This document shows, piece by piece, positions 1 to 12,800 of a stretch of DNA of 64,000 nt. The DNA is from Rhynchobatus australiae (Eukaryota). A program made the position numbers and the translations under genes. Position 1 is the first letter of the stretch, and each line of letters starts with the position of its first letter. The stretch is from positions 78,123,710 to 78,187,709 of the forward strand of contig JAUZTB010000098.1 in NCBI GenBank assembly GCA_034780895.1, read 5' to 3'. The notes beneath the pieces were generated by a model, which made no database searches, was not told the DNA's origin, and worked only from the letters and a program-made list of their open reading frames with translations.

Positions 1-1239
1 ACTTTGCCCTATTCCACAAAAACCTGACAATTTTGCTTTTGTCCTTTCAGGTATCCAATAATAGTAACCTGGCCAATTTGTGGTAGAAGAGAAAGAAGAC
101 AGTGAAGATAAATTCATATCATCTAGCCATTTAGCACTTGAGCCTTAGATACTGATACCGTGCACATTAGGTGTTAAGTAAGGTGATGGGATGGGTACAT
201 AGTGAATCATCAGAAGTGAATGACCTACATATCGTAAGAGATCAATAGACTTGCTAGCCCCCTTGGGGGCATGAGATTTGGTGCATTTTGATGCCTAAGG
301 ATAGTGGTTGATGGATATGCACAAAGAAATGCTTGGTGCATTGGCTGGTTTGTTAATATCCATGTCTGATGCCAAGGGGTATGGAGAAGTTAGTCAATAT
401 CCATAGCTTTGAGTTAGTCCATCCTTTCCAGCATGGAAATGGTGAGCAACTCCATTAGCAAACATGCACACCCAACCAGAACACATTATTTCATTGCAGC
501 ACAAACAATCATCACCTGACATCAGGATGTTGCAGTGGCAGCTCAGCTTGCTACAATGCAAGCCTAGACTTCATTGTGACTCTGGAAACTGTAATGAAAG
601 GACATTGACGGATATCATAGTAGACCAACAAACTGACTTCCAACAGATTTCTAAGACTGCAAAGGAGCAACCTCAAATCTGCAGTCGTCTGTCAGCGGGG
701 AAGTCTTATAGATCCAGCCATAGACACTCTGCCCATACCCAATGATTAGCTCAGCCAGCTAGCTGTGTGAATACCAAGGTGTAGTACATTGCTAGCATTC
801 CTTTGGAAATCTGCAGCGCCACCCACCAAAAGTTAGACATATTCCACTAGGCATGAATCAGGCTTGAAGCAAGCATTGCATCACAACACGAGGACTGAGA
901 ATGGAACATGGAAGAAATGCACTAAAGGAATAAAGAAAGATGAATAATGAATGTTTCTAATCAACTTAACACACTTTGATTTAGAAATTTATATGGAATG
1001 TTTATTTTATGTTGTCTTTCATTTTTTGGAATGTGGCCAAGAGAATGCTGGGATAGCTGATAGAGGGTAGGCATGACATGAGTGTTGGTGATTAAGAAAT
1101 GGGATTGTGTTTATTGTATCTCAGTCACACCAGTTGCTCAAAAACAGCCCAGCTAGAAAGCAGATGCAGACTGCCTCCTCCCTTGCTCCTCCCTGTTCCA
1201 CAGCTGTATGCCATATCATTTGTGGCCTGGGTTGAGCTC

Positions 1240-1500
1240 TCACAACAGTGAGGTTTGTCAAGTATACAACAGATCCCCACAAGCCTTGAACCCACTCTGC
1301 TAATTACTGCAGAGCTCCTGTGAATCACGCAGGCAACAAACTCGTTTCTGCACACGGTGACTTGCTCTGTCACATTCTGGGTCACTGTGCAGCATTTGTT
1401 GTATGCACATTGCCCACATGTGTGGTTTGGGCAGTGAAATCAATCGGCAGCCATGTAGCCTATTGGCAAGTGGGTATGGAGATCTGGGAGGCAAGAGAGA
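1240..1500 (-). mobile_element. Harbinger/PIF (HARBI1-like) transposase remnant, C-terminal part
   Basis: Frameshifted translation TWL..QCAYN..TQNVTEQ..KRVCCL..S.GALQ..SRLVGICCIL matches the Harbinger DDE tail (YN..H..TRN..E..IG.LK.RF.CL......S.IV..CC.LHN). Confidence 0.7.
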
Positions 1501-3149
1501 AAGCCATCTGGAAGAGTAAGCATTTTATTTAGAGGATCTGTTGTGGTTTCCCAGTGCCGGACTCCAAAAGACTCAGACCGCCTCAGGCAGGTTCCAGTTA
1601 AGTAATGCTGAAGCAGACCTCACAAATATTGGAAAGTCTGCAGATCACGTGGGAATGGACCAAATCACATAGGTGGTATCCAGGCATACACTACATGTGT
1701 CTAAGCTCCTCTGTGCACGAGCATGTCAAATGCACAGAAAACCATACACTTTGTTAACTTGCAGCAAGTTGACTATTTTCCTTTACATAAATGTTGTGCT
1801 ACATGGAAGGATTTCTAGGCCATAATATCTCAAAGCCTTGAAAACTCTTGCTACTTTTGCTTCAGACAATCTGCAATGTGGAGTATGTTTATTTTTTTTT
1901 AAATTATTTGCTTTAAGTGAGACTTGTTGTGTATGATTTTCCAACCATTTAAATAGATGTCAAAAGTAGCTAAGCACCTATTCTCTCTGATATAAGTCAA
2001 CTGCCCTCTTTTTACACAAGTGAAAGCAATCAAGTCAATTTTGGAAACAAATGTTGAAGAGAAACATCACTTATGCAATAATATTACAAGGATCAATATG
2101 AGTCATTGCTGCCATCCTAGATTACTTCATCTTTATCTTTTCACAGTTTCTTGAAACAATGTTTGATACAACCAAAGAAGTGAATACAGCACAAAAAGCA
2201 GTATTTATCAAACTTAAAACATGATAGAAACAAACACAAATGAATCCTTCTATTGCCATGCTCAGATGAGCCAGTTCAAGACAACAGGGCATATTGGAGA
2301 CTAAATGGAATACAACTATAAGTATTTTTAATCTAGTTAAAACTTCAGACATGACAACAGTGTGCGCAAAAGCTGTGCCTACCAATTGATTGTACCCATG
2401 TACCTATGATAAAATATTGCTATGTTTACCACTAACATTAAATCGGATCCCTTGCAAAATATTGCAGAATTATTAAAATCCAGAATGAAACAGCAATAGG
2501 ATAGTTAACGCCCAGAAGCAAGCATTGAAACTGGACTTGCAGGATTTTCAATGTGACCTCACCCAACTTCACTCANNNNNNNNNNNNNNNNNNNNNNNNN
2601 NNNNNNNNNNNNNNNNNNNNNNNNNNNNNNNNNNNNNNNNNNNNNNNNNNNNNNNNNNNNNNNNNNNNNNNNNNNATCTTTGAGCATTTTGCAACATAGC
2701 ATTCAGGAAGGGCATCCCTCCTTAAAGCATATTCCCCAAGGCAAGCAGAAAGCAGCTATACACAGGAAAAGGGTTATGGGTCTGATGAAATTGCTGCTGG
2801 GAACTGGCATGGACCCCATGGGCTGAATGTCCTCTTTTTGCATCTCAATAATTAATTAAGTACTTGTGTGATTCTTGACGTACTGTGATCGGATAGTGTA
2901 CTGATGTGAGCAACCACAGAACCAGAGGGCATTTCTTGTTCCTTGGGATCCAGCTCTCTGGGCAGTGCTTGCCAATGAATTAATCCAACAATGTGGACTC
3001 AGAATGAAGGTGTCACATGTGCTCTTACAAGTTGGAAATACAAGGTTATTAAGTCAAAACACATTAACTCACTCTTCACAGATGTTATCTGACCTAGTGA
3101 GCATTTATAGTATTGCCCATTTTGACTCCCCCACATTTCTAGCATCTGC

Positions 3150-3700
3150 AGTTTTTTCCCTCCTTTTTGAGTCGTGCATAGTTCCAGAAAACATGGCATT
3201 TATAAGAGGTGATTCACAACGGGTTGCATACAGTGGAAGTGAAAACTATCTTAAAAGTCTGGGTTCATAATGGGATCTTTACAGGCATTCGATATGGCTG
3301 TTGTACTCATGAAAGTTAGCAATGCCCGAGAAGACACTTATTCCTCCATAATATTAAAGTAGATGAAATCATTTATTCATGAACACAGTCTCTAATGCAG
3401 CAGAGAACACTAAATTGGAAGAAATAGCAGAGATCTGCTGTGACTTCTTGGGAAAATTCAATGGAGAGGAAGTTGAGAGTTAACATGACTGAGTAGAATG
3501 GGCAGAACAGTCTGGGCAGAAGATTGGAATTGAAGGTCTTCCTGCAGAATGTCACGTACCTCAGTGATGACAGCCTTGGAAAGCCAGAGCCGACAAATAC
3601 ACTGTTTATCAGTGTGGCCTAGGCAGGATGCTGCTTCTCTCAAGACTCTCTAGGCATAGCCTCTTTGTTGTTGGGCATATTATTGTCTTCTGTAGGGAGG
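3150..3700 (-). mobile_element. Harbinger/PIF transposase remnant, N-terminal and central part
   Basis: Fragments QCICRLWLSK..EV.DILQEDLQ, LNF...FSQ..TADLC..SV.CCIR, FSGIANF....HIEC and INAMFSGTMHDS resemble HARBI1-like motifs (GAIDCTH, ARFPGS.HDS). Confidence 0.6.
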
Positions 3701-4252
3701 TCCCTGACCCTCCCTTAGTGGTGAGCCATTGCCATAACACCACCACCTGTAATGGAGAGCTGCCAGTGGTGTCACCACTGGAACATCCATGGACTGAACT
3801 TGTTGGCAGGTAAATGCTGGAGAAACCAAACCACGTTTGTTTAAACGCATTTTAGAAGGCTCCTGAGCAGCATGCAATCAGTTCTGAAGTTTTCTGATGT
3901 TAGTAGGCCATCCCTCTACATAGAGAGAGCACAAACTAGTGCAATGTGCTCTTCGACTGAGAATTTTTCACCATGGAGTTCTGAGCTCCGGTTCAGGTTG
4001 ATAATAATATTACATGATCATGAGATGTGCACCTGACACCAGGAAAAGGCCGAGGGTGCGTGGAAGTGTCCAGCTCAATTTTACAATTAGCAGCTCAATT
4101 TTACTTCACTCCAAATGATCATGAGCGCAATCTGCTCTGAGTAAAATCAAATTATGCATGTGTAACATCTCAAATAAACAAAAATTGGACATTACTCAAA
4201 CCAATTTCCAGGCATTGGTTTTCATAATCTAATTCACATTCAAGATTCTCAC

Positions 4253-4356
4253 CTCAATATTCCAGATGTTTAGGTTTGAGATTAGGTCCCATCGCAAATT
4301 GCCATTTTTATCAAGGCCATTGAACCCGAAGCCACCTGCATTATTGACTGCATCAG
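4253..4356 (-). CDS. MBOAT1: MBOAT1 exon 9 (ADAVNNAGGFGFNGLDKNGNLRWDLISNLNIWNIE)
   Basis: 104 nt; ccctttag| ... |gtgaga; highly conserved MBOAT1 segment. Confidence 0.96.
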
Positions 4357-5607
4357 CTAAAGGGAAGCAGAAAACCATATAGTTATTGCAATAATTTAAG
4401 TTGTGAAAGAACATCCAGTAACTGCGACAGTTAAACCACAGTCCTTATGTCATTTTAATAATGGAAATGTATTGTCATTCAGANNNNNNNNNNNNNNNNN
4501 NNNNNNNNNNNNNNNNNNNNNNNNNNNNNNNNNNNNNNNNNNNNNNNNNNNNNNNNNNNNNNNNNNNNNNNNNNNNNNNNNNNNNNNNNNNNNNNNNNNN
4601 NNNNNNNNNNNNNNNNNNNNNNNNNNNNNNNNNNNNNNNNNNNNNNNNNNNNNNNNNNNNNNNNNNNNNNNNNNNNNNNNNNNNNNNNNNNNNNNNNNNN
4701 NNNNNNNNNNNNNNNNNNNNNNNNNNNNNNNNNNNNNNNNNNNNNNNNNNNNNNNNNNNNNNNNNNNNNNNNNNNNNNNNNNNNNNNNNNNNNNNNNNNN
4801 NNNNNNNNNNNNNNNNNNNNNNNNNNNNNNNNNNNNNNNNNNNNNNNNNNNNNNNNNNNNNNNNNNNNNNNNNNNNNNNNNNNNNNNNNNNNNNNNNNNN
4901 NNNNNNNNNNNNNNNNNNNNNNNNNNNNNNNNNNNNNNNNNNNNNNNNNNNNNNCAGTTTGAAGAGTGCATGGAAAAAGGGCTGTGGCAAGTGGAAGGAA
5001 GTGTGCGAGCTGGGGTACTGGTGGAGTGGAAGGCAGTGCAGGAAACATTGCCTGGTGACTCAGATGCCAAACAATTAGGATTTCTAAATCGTCAGATATC
5101 AGATTATCATAGTTTTACTGTTCATTGCGCACGTTATTGATCAGAGTGGTTTGCTAAAACATCCAATGAGTTTTCACACATGTTAAAGGTTGCAGTTTTG
5201 ATTTCTGATTCATCTAGCTTCCACTTATATTGAGTGTTGGGTCAAGGCAGCTTAAAGTAATGGGGAAGAGCAATTTTTCTGCATCATGTCCATGTACAAA
5301 TCAGAAAAAGCAGAGTTAAGAATGGCCCAAGAGGGAAGGAAGTGTATGAAGAGGGACTGAAGGCTGCAGGGGAGGACTGACNNNNNNNNNNNNNNNNNNN
5401 NNNNNNNNNNNNNNNNNNNNNNNNNNNNNNNNNNNNNNNNNNNNNNNNNNNNNNNNNNNNNNNNNNNNNNNNNNNNNNNNNNNNNNNNNNNNNNNNNNNN
5501 NNNNNNNNNNNNNNNNNNNNNNNNNNNNNNNNNNNNNNNNNNNNNNNNNNNNNNNNNNNNNNNNNNNNNNNNNNNNNNNNNNNNNNNNNNNNNNNNNNNN
5601 NNNNNNN

Positions 5608-5725
5608 GAGAGAAAGGGGGAGAGACAGAGAGAGAAAGGGGGAGAGACAGAGAGAGAAAGGGGGAGAGACAGAGAGAGAAAGGGAGAGAGACAGAGAGAG
5701 AAAGAGAGAAAAAGGGGGAGAGAGA
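5608..5725 (+). repeat. Purine-rich minisatellite, about 20-bp unit AGAGAGAAAGGGGGAGAGAC, running into a gap
   Basis: At least four degenerate copies are directly visible. Confidence 0.9.
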
Positions 5726-6049
5726 AGTAGAGACTGATTTTTGAATAATAAATGTATTGCTCAATTTGTGTTTCAACATTTTCCAGTGTCTTTGAACCAT
5801 TGCCAAACTGCTCTCTATTTTTTTCAAAAAGGAAGCATACTTTCAGGAGAATCCTGACAATCCTTAATCTTGTGCTCTGAAAACATGGATCATTCTGTTT
5901 TTCATTTCAACAGCATCTTAAAGCTTGAAACAAATAAAAAGAGCAACACTGGACTTAAAACAGTCAGAGTTTTCATGGATGTACAAGTAGGAAGTAGGCA
6001 ACTAAAACAGGTGTTTGATCTCTAAAGAATGAGGCTGGTAAATTAATGG

Positions 6050-7135
6050 AATTATTAAAGAAATAAAAGATAATTTAAATCAATTTTTGCATCAGTTTTC
6101 ACTGTGACAGACACTGCAAATATCCCCAGGGTAACTGATGGGCTAATTTTGTACTAAAGGGAGCAACGAGATAAATCCCAATCACAACAGATAAAGTATT
6201 AGAGAAACTCTTGGGGCTAAGGACAGACAAATCACCAGGGCCCAATGGCCTGCATGTGATGATTTTAAAGGATGTGGCTGCAGATATAGTGGGCTCATTG
6301 GTTGAAAATTTTCAAAACTGGCTAAATTTCTGGTGACTCCAGAAGATGGAAAACAGCCAACTTGACTTCCTTGTTCGAAAACGGAAGGAGATGGAAGGCA
6401 GGGAATAATAAGTCGGTAAGTTTAACATCCATTGTTGGCAATATGTGAGAGTTCATAATAAATGAGGAATTTACTGATCAATTAGGAAGGTTGAATATAA
6501 TCAAACCTAGTCAACATGGTTTTATGAAAGGTAAATCATGTTTAACAAATTTGCTCAAATACTTTGAGGATGTGATAGAGAGGGTTGATGGAAGGGAACC
6601 TGTAATGTCACAATAGTTTGACTTCCAAGAGGCATTTGACAAGGTGCATATATCAAAACCCCAAGATATTGGAGGAAGTGTGTTAGCATGAATTGGAAAC
6701 TGGCTGTACACAGAAAACAAAGAATTGGAATAAATGGGTTCTTTTCAGGCTAGTGGGTGTAACTAGTGGACTACCCCAGGGATTTTCACCCTCAGTCGTT
6801 TACTATTTATAGTAATAACCTGGAGGATGAGACAAAATGCTGAGGTTTCCAAAGATACAAAGAGATGGAGTTACTGGGCGAAAACCTGGCAAGTGGAGTT
6901 TAAATTGGGGAAGTGCGAGGTCACACACTTTAACAAGAGGAATCAAACAGCAGTTTATTATCTACATGGAGAGAGACTGCAAATGAGTAAAGTTTAGAGG
7001 GAGCTAAGTGTTCTAGTGCATGAAACACAAAGTTAGCAGGCAGTTCTAACAAGTAGTTAATGCAGCAATTGGCACATTGGTCTTTATTGTGAAGGGATTA
7101 GAGTTTAAGAATTGGGATATTTTGTTCCTCATACC
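6050..7135 (+). mobile_element. CR1-clade LINE, degraded RT region
   Basis: Translates SPGP.G, SQHGFMKGKSCLTNLLKYFE and DFQEAFDKV with stops and indels. Confidence 0.85.
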
Positions 7136-7637
7136 TAAAGAAGGATATAATAGCACTGGAGGCAGTCCAAGGGGAAGAGGGGTGGGAAAAAAAAAACTGG
7201 AAAACGATTCCCATATAAGGCAATCTAATACATGGGAAAGCAAGGAACCATCTTGGGAATAGGAACAGGGTGGAAGGGAAATTAAACAGAGCAAATATTT
7301 TCCCTTTATTACTCAAATTCCACCTCTCCACCCAGGCTGATTTCAAACAGTTCATCACAAAAATAAGCATTTATGCAAGTCCTACAAACTGAATTCTTTA
7401 TAATTTTCAACCAATGTCTCTGCAATAAACAAAATCAAAAAAGGTCAAAATTCTGATAATATCAATTGCTCTATTGTTTCTAAAAATCATTTATTAACTT
7501 CTAACACTTGACAACTTCTGCCCTTCCTATTGCTTCATGAAGTTCAGATGAAGATCGAAGAAACTTTAATTCATCATAAAAATGTAAACATGGTACTAAT
7601 GTACACTTAAGCAGGCACACCAAAATACTCTACCTAC

Positions 7638-7788
7638 CTAAAGTCCAAGCAAAGTAATACTTGGGTCTAGACGCATGTACTGAGATGAAGAGGTAACAGA
7701 GTCTCCAGAAAAATGAGGTTTCACTTATAAACTTGTCATCCACGTTATAGGAGATAGGAAAGTTCTTTGTAATTCCCGTAAACCAAAC
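7638..7788 (-). CDS. MBOAT1: MBOAT1 exon 8, visible 3' part (VWFTGITKNFPISYNVDDKFISETSFFWRLCYLFISVHASRPKYYFAWTL); 5' part in N gap
   Basis: Contains the PKYYFAWTL motif and the donor TTAG|GTAGGT. The exon runs into the gap starting at 7789; about 14 codons are missing by comparison with the recalled mammalian protein. Confidence 0.93.
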
Positions 7789-9559
7789 NNNNNNNNNNNN
7801 NNNNNNNNNNNNNNNNNNNNNNNNNNNNNNNNNNNNNNNNNNNNNNNNNNNNNNNNNNNNNNNNNNNNNNNNNNNNNNNNNNNNNNNNNNNNNNNNNNNN
7901 NNNNNNNNNNNNNNNNNNNNNNNNNNNNNNNNNNNNNNNNNNNNNNNNNNNNNNNNNNNNNNNNNNNNNNNNNNNNNNNNNNNNNNNNNNNNNNNNNNNN
8001 NNNNNNTCTAGATATAGACATGTCAAAAGCAAATAATAATGCAATAAATTAATATTAAAGTGAAGCAATTTTAAGTCAAGGGAACCTTGCTCGTTACTTT
8101 ATGGATACGTGCAGAAACCAAAAATGAAACATTAACTAGCAAAAACAATGGGGTATAAATTGGAATGTGTGCACTGGGGTTGTGATACACATTTCACCAG
8201 CAGATTAGCAAGAGACAAGCCCCTAATCAAAGAGTAGCCAGCCTGCAAGAGAAATACTGGTAATTATCAGTGTAGCTACACAGTGTCCATTGGTGGTGCA
8301 GTGAACATGGAAGATATGTTCAGTTTTTTTTTCAGGATGATTAAACATAATCCATCTGCCAACATTTCCCTTTCCCCTCAACCCACAATTTCTTATGTAG
8401 AAACTATAGATAGCTTTAGCACACAGCGCTTACTTGGACACTCCCTTCACCATGACCCAATCCTTGTGGCTTTCTTATTTCAGATTGCCAGAAACTGTTA
8501 CACATGGCTTGGCATCAGAACAGTGCAAGAAGACAGAAGGTAGCAACCCATCATTTGAGCTAACATTTGCAGCTTCCAACTCAGCTACTGAGGCACTGCG
8601 TATTCTACAGTGTAGCTAAGGTGCAGGATCTGCACCAGATTTGTCATTGGGCACAAGCAGTCTGCAGCCAGGTTGCGTGGTAAAGATTAGCTCTGTTCTG
8701 CATAAAATGAGGTCACTCATAAATACTGCTCCAGATTCACTGACCTGACTGGAAGGCAATGCAAAACATTAAGCTGCATGAGGGCAGTCTATCCCCAACT
8801 TTGTACACAGCTTTACACCCAACTTGGAGGCCGTTCTTTACTCTTTCTGGCTTGATTTTCAACACATGCAAACCCAGCCATCTTGTAGCTTCTGATGGCT
8901 GACATCAACTTCCACTGCAGTACATATGAAATCATGAAGCTGACTGAGAACAGATTACAGAACAGCACAGGAACAGGCCCACAGTCTCTGTGCCAACCAT
9001 GACTTCTGCTATGAAGCTCTGGACAACATTGCTCAAAGGGGCTTTAAGGGTGTCTCAGCACTCTACCAAGGTGTCATCCATTACTGTGGATTACCCAGAG
9101 AAACATCAGTGCCTCCATGAATTATGATTTGTTTGCAATGTCTGCGAATGACATGATTTATGATCTCATAATTGCCATTCCATCACCCTTGTTGCTTGTC
9201 TTTCAGTTGTCCCAGACTGCTGCCACTCAAGATGTCCAAGCCCAGAGCTGTTTAAGGCTGGACTTTTTGGCGATCTGCAGCCTCCACTGTTGTGTGATGC
9301 TGGGAGCTCACAGTACAGGGCCAGCACAGCAGCATGAAGAATATAGGTATTCAGGGTATACAAAGAAGTGATAATTAAAATGTTTTCATTTTTATTTGGA
9401 TGTATTGAAAGGGTTTAAAATGATGATTTTGTCGCCTTGTGTCTATCAATGTGGTCAAGTGGACAATAAGTTGATCAGCAATAGAAGGAATATAATATGG
9501 GAACTTGGTTGGAATGATGGATATTTGCTTTCCTTCCCCCACACTCACAGTATGTGTAG

Positions 9560-10170
9560 ACATCACAGCCAGGCAAGTCTTTATGAAAATGGTGGGAAGT
9601 CACCTTCTTGGTCTACAGCAGTGCTTGCACTGTATTTGCATAGTCCTACTAGAGAGGGAATTCTTTGACTTGGCCCATAGGTATTCTCATTCAAGAAATA
9701 TTTTTGTCCTGGAGGCTGTGCAGAAGAGCCATTAAGTTGACTTCTGAGATAAAAGGATGAGGAAAACTTGAATAAATTGTACTGGTGTTTTGAAAAAGGT
9801 GAGGTGATCTTATTAAGACATAAGAATCTGAATGTAGATGCTGAGTGCATGCTTCATATAGTGGGAGAGTGTAGAAGCAGGGAATGTAGTCTTTCAACAA
9901 AGGATCACACATTTTAAGTCTTAGAATGGAGGAGGTTTGGCTCTCAGAGTTGTGAACTTTGGGAATTCCTTACCCCAGAGAGTTGAGGTATTTAGTGTAT
10001 TCAAGGCTGAGGCAGATGGGTTTTTGTACCATAGGCAAATCCAAGGTTGTTGGGATCAGGCAGGAAAGTGGAGTTGACACCAAGAATCAAATCACTCATG
10101 ATCTTATTGAATGACAGACCACATTTGAGGGACTCTATGGCCTACTCGTGCTTCTATTTATGTCCTTATG
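9560..10170 (+). mobile_element. CR1-clade LINE 3' end
   Basis: LEAVQK..-type coding remnant, followed by the typical CR1 3' UTR ending ggcctactc..cttct. Confidence 0.7.
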
Positions 10171-10259
10171 ATAAGGGAAGACAGCAGATATATTTACAAG
10201 TCAATGCAGCGTGCATCTTGAGAAATGAATTTCTGATAATGTAGTTAGTGGGCAATTCT

Positions 10260-11110
10260 CGCCCTCATTTAGCTGGCAAAGGATACAGATGTGCCAAGTG
10301 CTGTTTAAAAAAAAAGCCTAGGTAAGTTGCAACTGTGTATTTTCTACATGGTACACATTTGCAGCTACAGTGGTGAAGTGTAGAGAGGTGGTGTTCAAGA
10401 TGATGGAATGGATGACAATTAACTAAGTTGCGGTGTTTTAGATGATGTCAATTTCCTGGAGAGTCAACAGTCCCTCTGCTGCCAGTGCATTGTGCCTGCA
10501 GTATGTACTGTTGATACCTACCAGATGCACCAAGGTGTCTTTGACAGCAGCAGCCAAACTTGTAAGGTGTACAGAGAGGACAAAGGTAGGAATTGCAAAG
10601 AAATTCTCCAATCTCTAGAAAGTTGACATAATCCAGAACAAAGCAACCCATTTATTGGAGTGAGAAAGCCATGGATGAAGGAGCTAAAGATGTTGCAGCA
10701 TTGAATATAGCCCTGAGAAACTTCTGCAATAGTATTCTGGAATTGTGATGGCCTCCAATAAATACTATAATCATTCTTAATGCAGTGGAAGGTTGTATGG
10801 TTATTCCTATGATTCTCAATGATTTTGACTTTAACAAAGGCTCTTTGATGTAACACAGTAACAATGTTTCCTTGATATCAGGGGAATCTCTCTGTGCATG
10901 TGTCTGGAATTCACCTTTTTTATGTTTGAATCAATGTCGCAATGAGGCCTGGGCCAAATGAAGTCTCACTTTATGAGTTAAGTTCACTGCTGACAACAGC
11001 TGTTACCATTTCACTGATAAGGGTAGGCTGAAGCTTTAGTAATTGGCCTAATAGATTTATCCTGTTTTTTTATGGGCAATTTTCTACTGAATCTAAGTGG
11101 CTCATTCCTC
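10260..11110 (-). mobile_element. Degenerate non-LTR retrotransposon fragment; family also at about 23270-23510, 34210-34620 and 55420-55900
   Basis: Resembles an abundant chondrichthyan LINE in reverse orientation. The 23.3 kb and 34.2 kb pieces share sequence (gaacc.ctgcagtcc.t..ggtg, gacccag). Confidence 0.45.
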
Positions 11111-11600
11111 TATTCATAAGGCATTTGATAGCAGCATTATCAAACTATATTTGACACAGTGTCACATATTGGGACAGGTAATTAAAAGCTTAGACAAAGA
11201 GGTTGGTTTTAAGAAGTACTTTATAGGTGAAAAAGAGATTTAAAAATTTCAGGGGCAGTTTAGGAAGGGAATTTCAGAGTTCATGGCTAGTTGGCTGAAG
11301 GCATGGCCACCATTTGAGAACATATAAAAGGTTAGAACTGGTGGAGTGAAGACAGCATAAATAGGGCAGATGGAGGTTAGAGATCATGAAGAACAAGTCC
11401 CTGGAAGGATTTGGCAGACAAAGGCCAAGATGAAATATTATAGAACATACTACTCGAGTACCAAAGAGTAATTTGTAGGGGAAAAGAATTACCATGACCA
11501 ATGGAATTTTAGAAGTCATTACTTGAAAGAACATCAGTCAAATTTAATATAGATACAGCACAATTGTTGCTGGCCTCCCTTTGACAATATACTAGTATAC

Positions 11601-12045
11601 AAGGTAGCACAGTGGCACAGTTATTAGAGCTGCTGTCCCACAGCTTCAGCTACCTGAGTTCAACCCTCATCTCTGGCACTGTCCGTGCATGTTCTCTCCA
11701 TGTGGGTTTCCCCCCACTACTGTGATCACTTCCCATACCATAAAGATGTGTGGTTGGCAGGATAATTGTCCCTAGTGTGAAGGTGAGTGGTAGAATTTGA
11801 GGGAAGTTTAAGGGAATGTGGGAAGGGAGGGAGAATAAAATGGGACTAGTGTAACTGGGTGCTTGATGGTTGGCNNNNNNNNNNNNNNNNNNNNNNNNNN
11901 NNNNNNNNNNNNNNNNNNNNNNNNNNNNNNNNNNNNNNNNNNNNNNNNNNNNNNNNNNNNNNNNNNNNNNNNNNTGGGTGCTTGATGGTCGGTGCGGATT
12001 CAGAACACTGAAGGGCCTATTTCCATGCTGTATGACTCTATGGCT
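11601..12045 (+). mobile_element. tRNA-derived HE1/V-SINE-type element
   Basis: A-box-like gtggcacagt and B-box-like gagttcaacc, a core gtgggtttcc...cc.ataccataaagatgtg, and a CR1-like tail gaagggcct.tttccatgctgtatgactctatg. Confidence 0.75.
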
Positions 12046-12456
12046 GTATAGGCTGTACGACGTATGTATTATGTATGCATCAGTATCCAAGTGTTCACCA
12101 CAGATGTTAAAGTTGGAGAATAGAGTATTTTTTTTAATTTCAGGCACCTTCTGTGAACATTGAACAGTAAGCTGGCCTTCAGATAAGCATCCCCTACCAC
12201 ACAGGTAGTAGGATTTTTTTTTCTATTTCTCATAACAGACAGTTATAAACTTAGGAGACAGTATGGATTATTGTCAAATTACATTTCACAGCATAGGGCA
12301 GCATTAAAATGTAATCCTATGTACACTAAGACCTGGATTCAGACTCCCCAAGCATATTTATCAAGGGAACTCTCCAGTTTGCAGGCAGAGCAGAATTTCA
12401 GTCAGTTAGTTATAGGTTGGATCCAAGCACAGGTCCCACAATTTGAAGTCCATTGT

Positions 12457-12537
12457 TTAATCCTCTATCACCCGGTTCATCTACACCTACTTTCCAATTA
12501 AGTAGGTGTGGATGAACTGGTTAATAGAGAGGATTAA
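12457..12537. repeat. 81-nt imperfect inverted repeat (hairpin)
   Basis: Arms 12457-12492 and 12500-12537 with a 7-nt loop; 4 non-Watson-Crick positions and one 2-nt bulge. Confidence 0.9.
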
Positions 12538-12616
12538 TTTATATACAGAGTATGCCTGTAACAAAGCACGATCTCAAGAAAATACACTATCAGAAGCAAC
12601 ATCATTACATATTTAC

Positions 12617-12800
12617 CAATGGCGAGGGATCAAGGAACTTGGTATAGCCCCTTTGCTTCTTATGTTCTTCTATTAGTTTCATGTTTATATGGTTTCCTTC
12701 AATAAAAGCAATATAGTCCCTGTAATTGCAGGTTGGCCCAGCCAAAATACCAAGAAAATTCAGGTGATAGCTGCAATATTCTAGTAAAGTAGGTCTTGCA
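12617..12800 (-). CDS. MBOAT1: MBOAT1 exon 7 (ARPTLLEYCSYHLNFLGILAGPTCNYRDYIAFIEGNHINMKLIEEHKKQRGYTKFLDPSPL)
   Basis: 184 nt; tttacag| ... |gtaaat; MBOAT P.LLEY.SY..NF...LAGP...Y.DY motif. Confidence 0.96.

Noticed and set aside
1-4252. Search for MBOAT1 exon 10 (TATSFK....WNIQT..WLK)
   Set aside because: No match found. It is presumably left of the window or in the gap at 2576-2675, so this is not evidence of gene loss.
11855-11995. Short direct repeats flanking 100-N gaps (also about 13819/13927 and 53561/53675)
   Set aside because: Overlapping contig ends around placeholder gaps, not TSDs.
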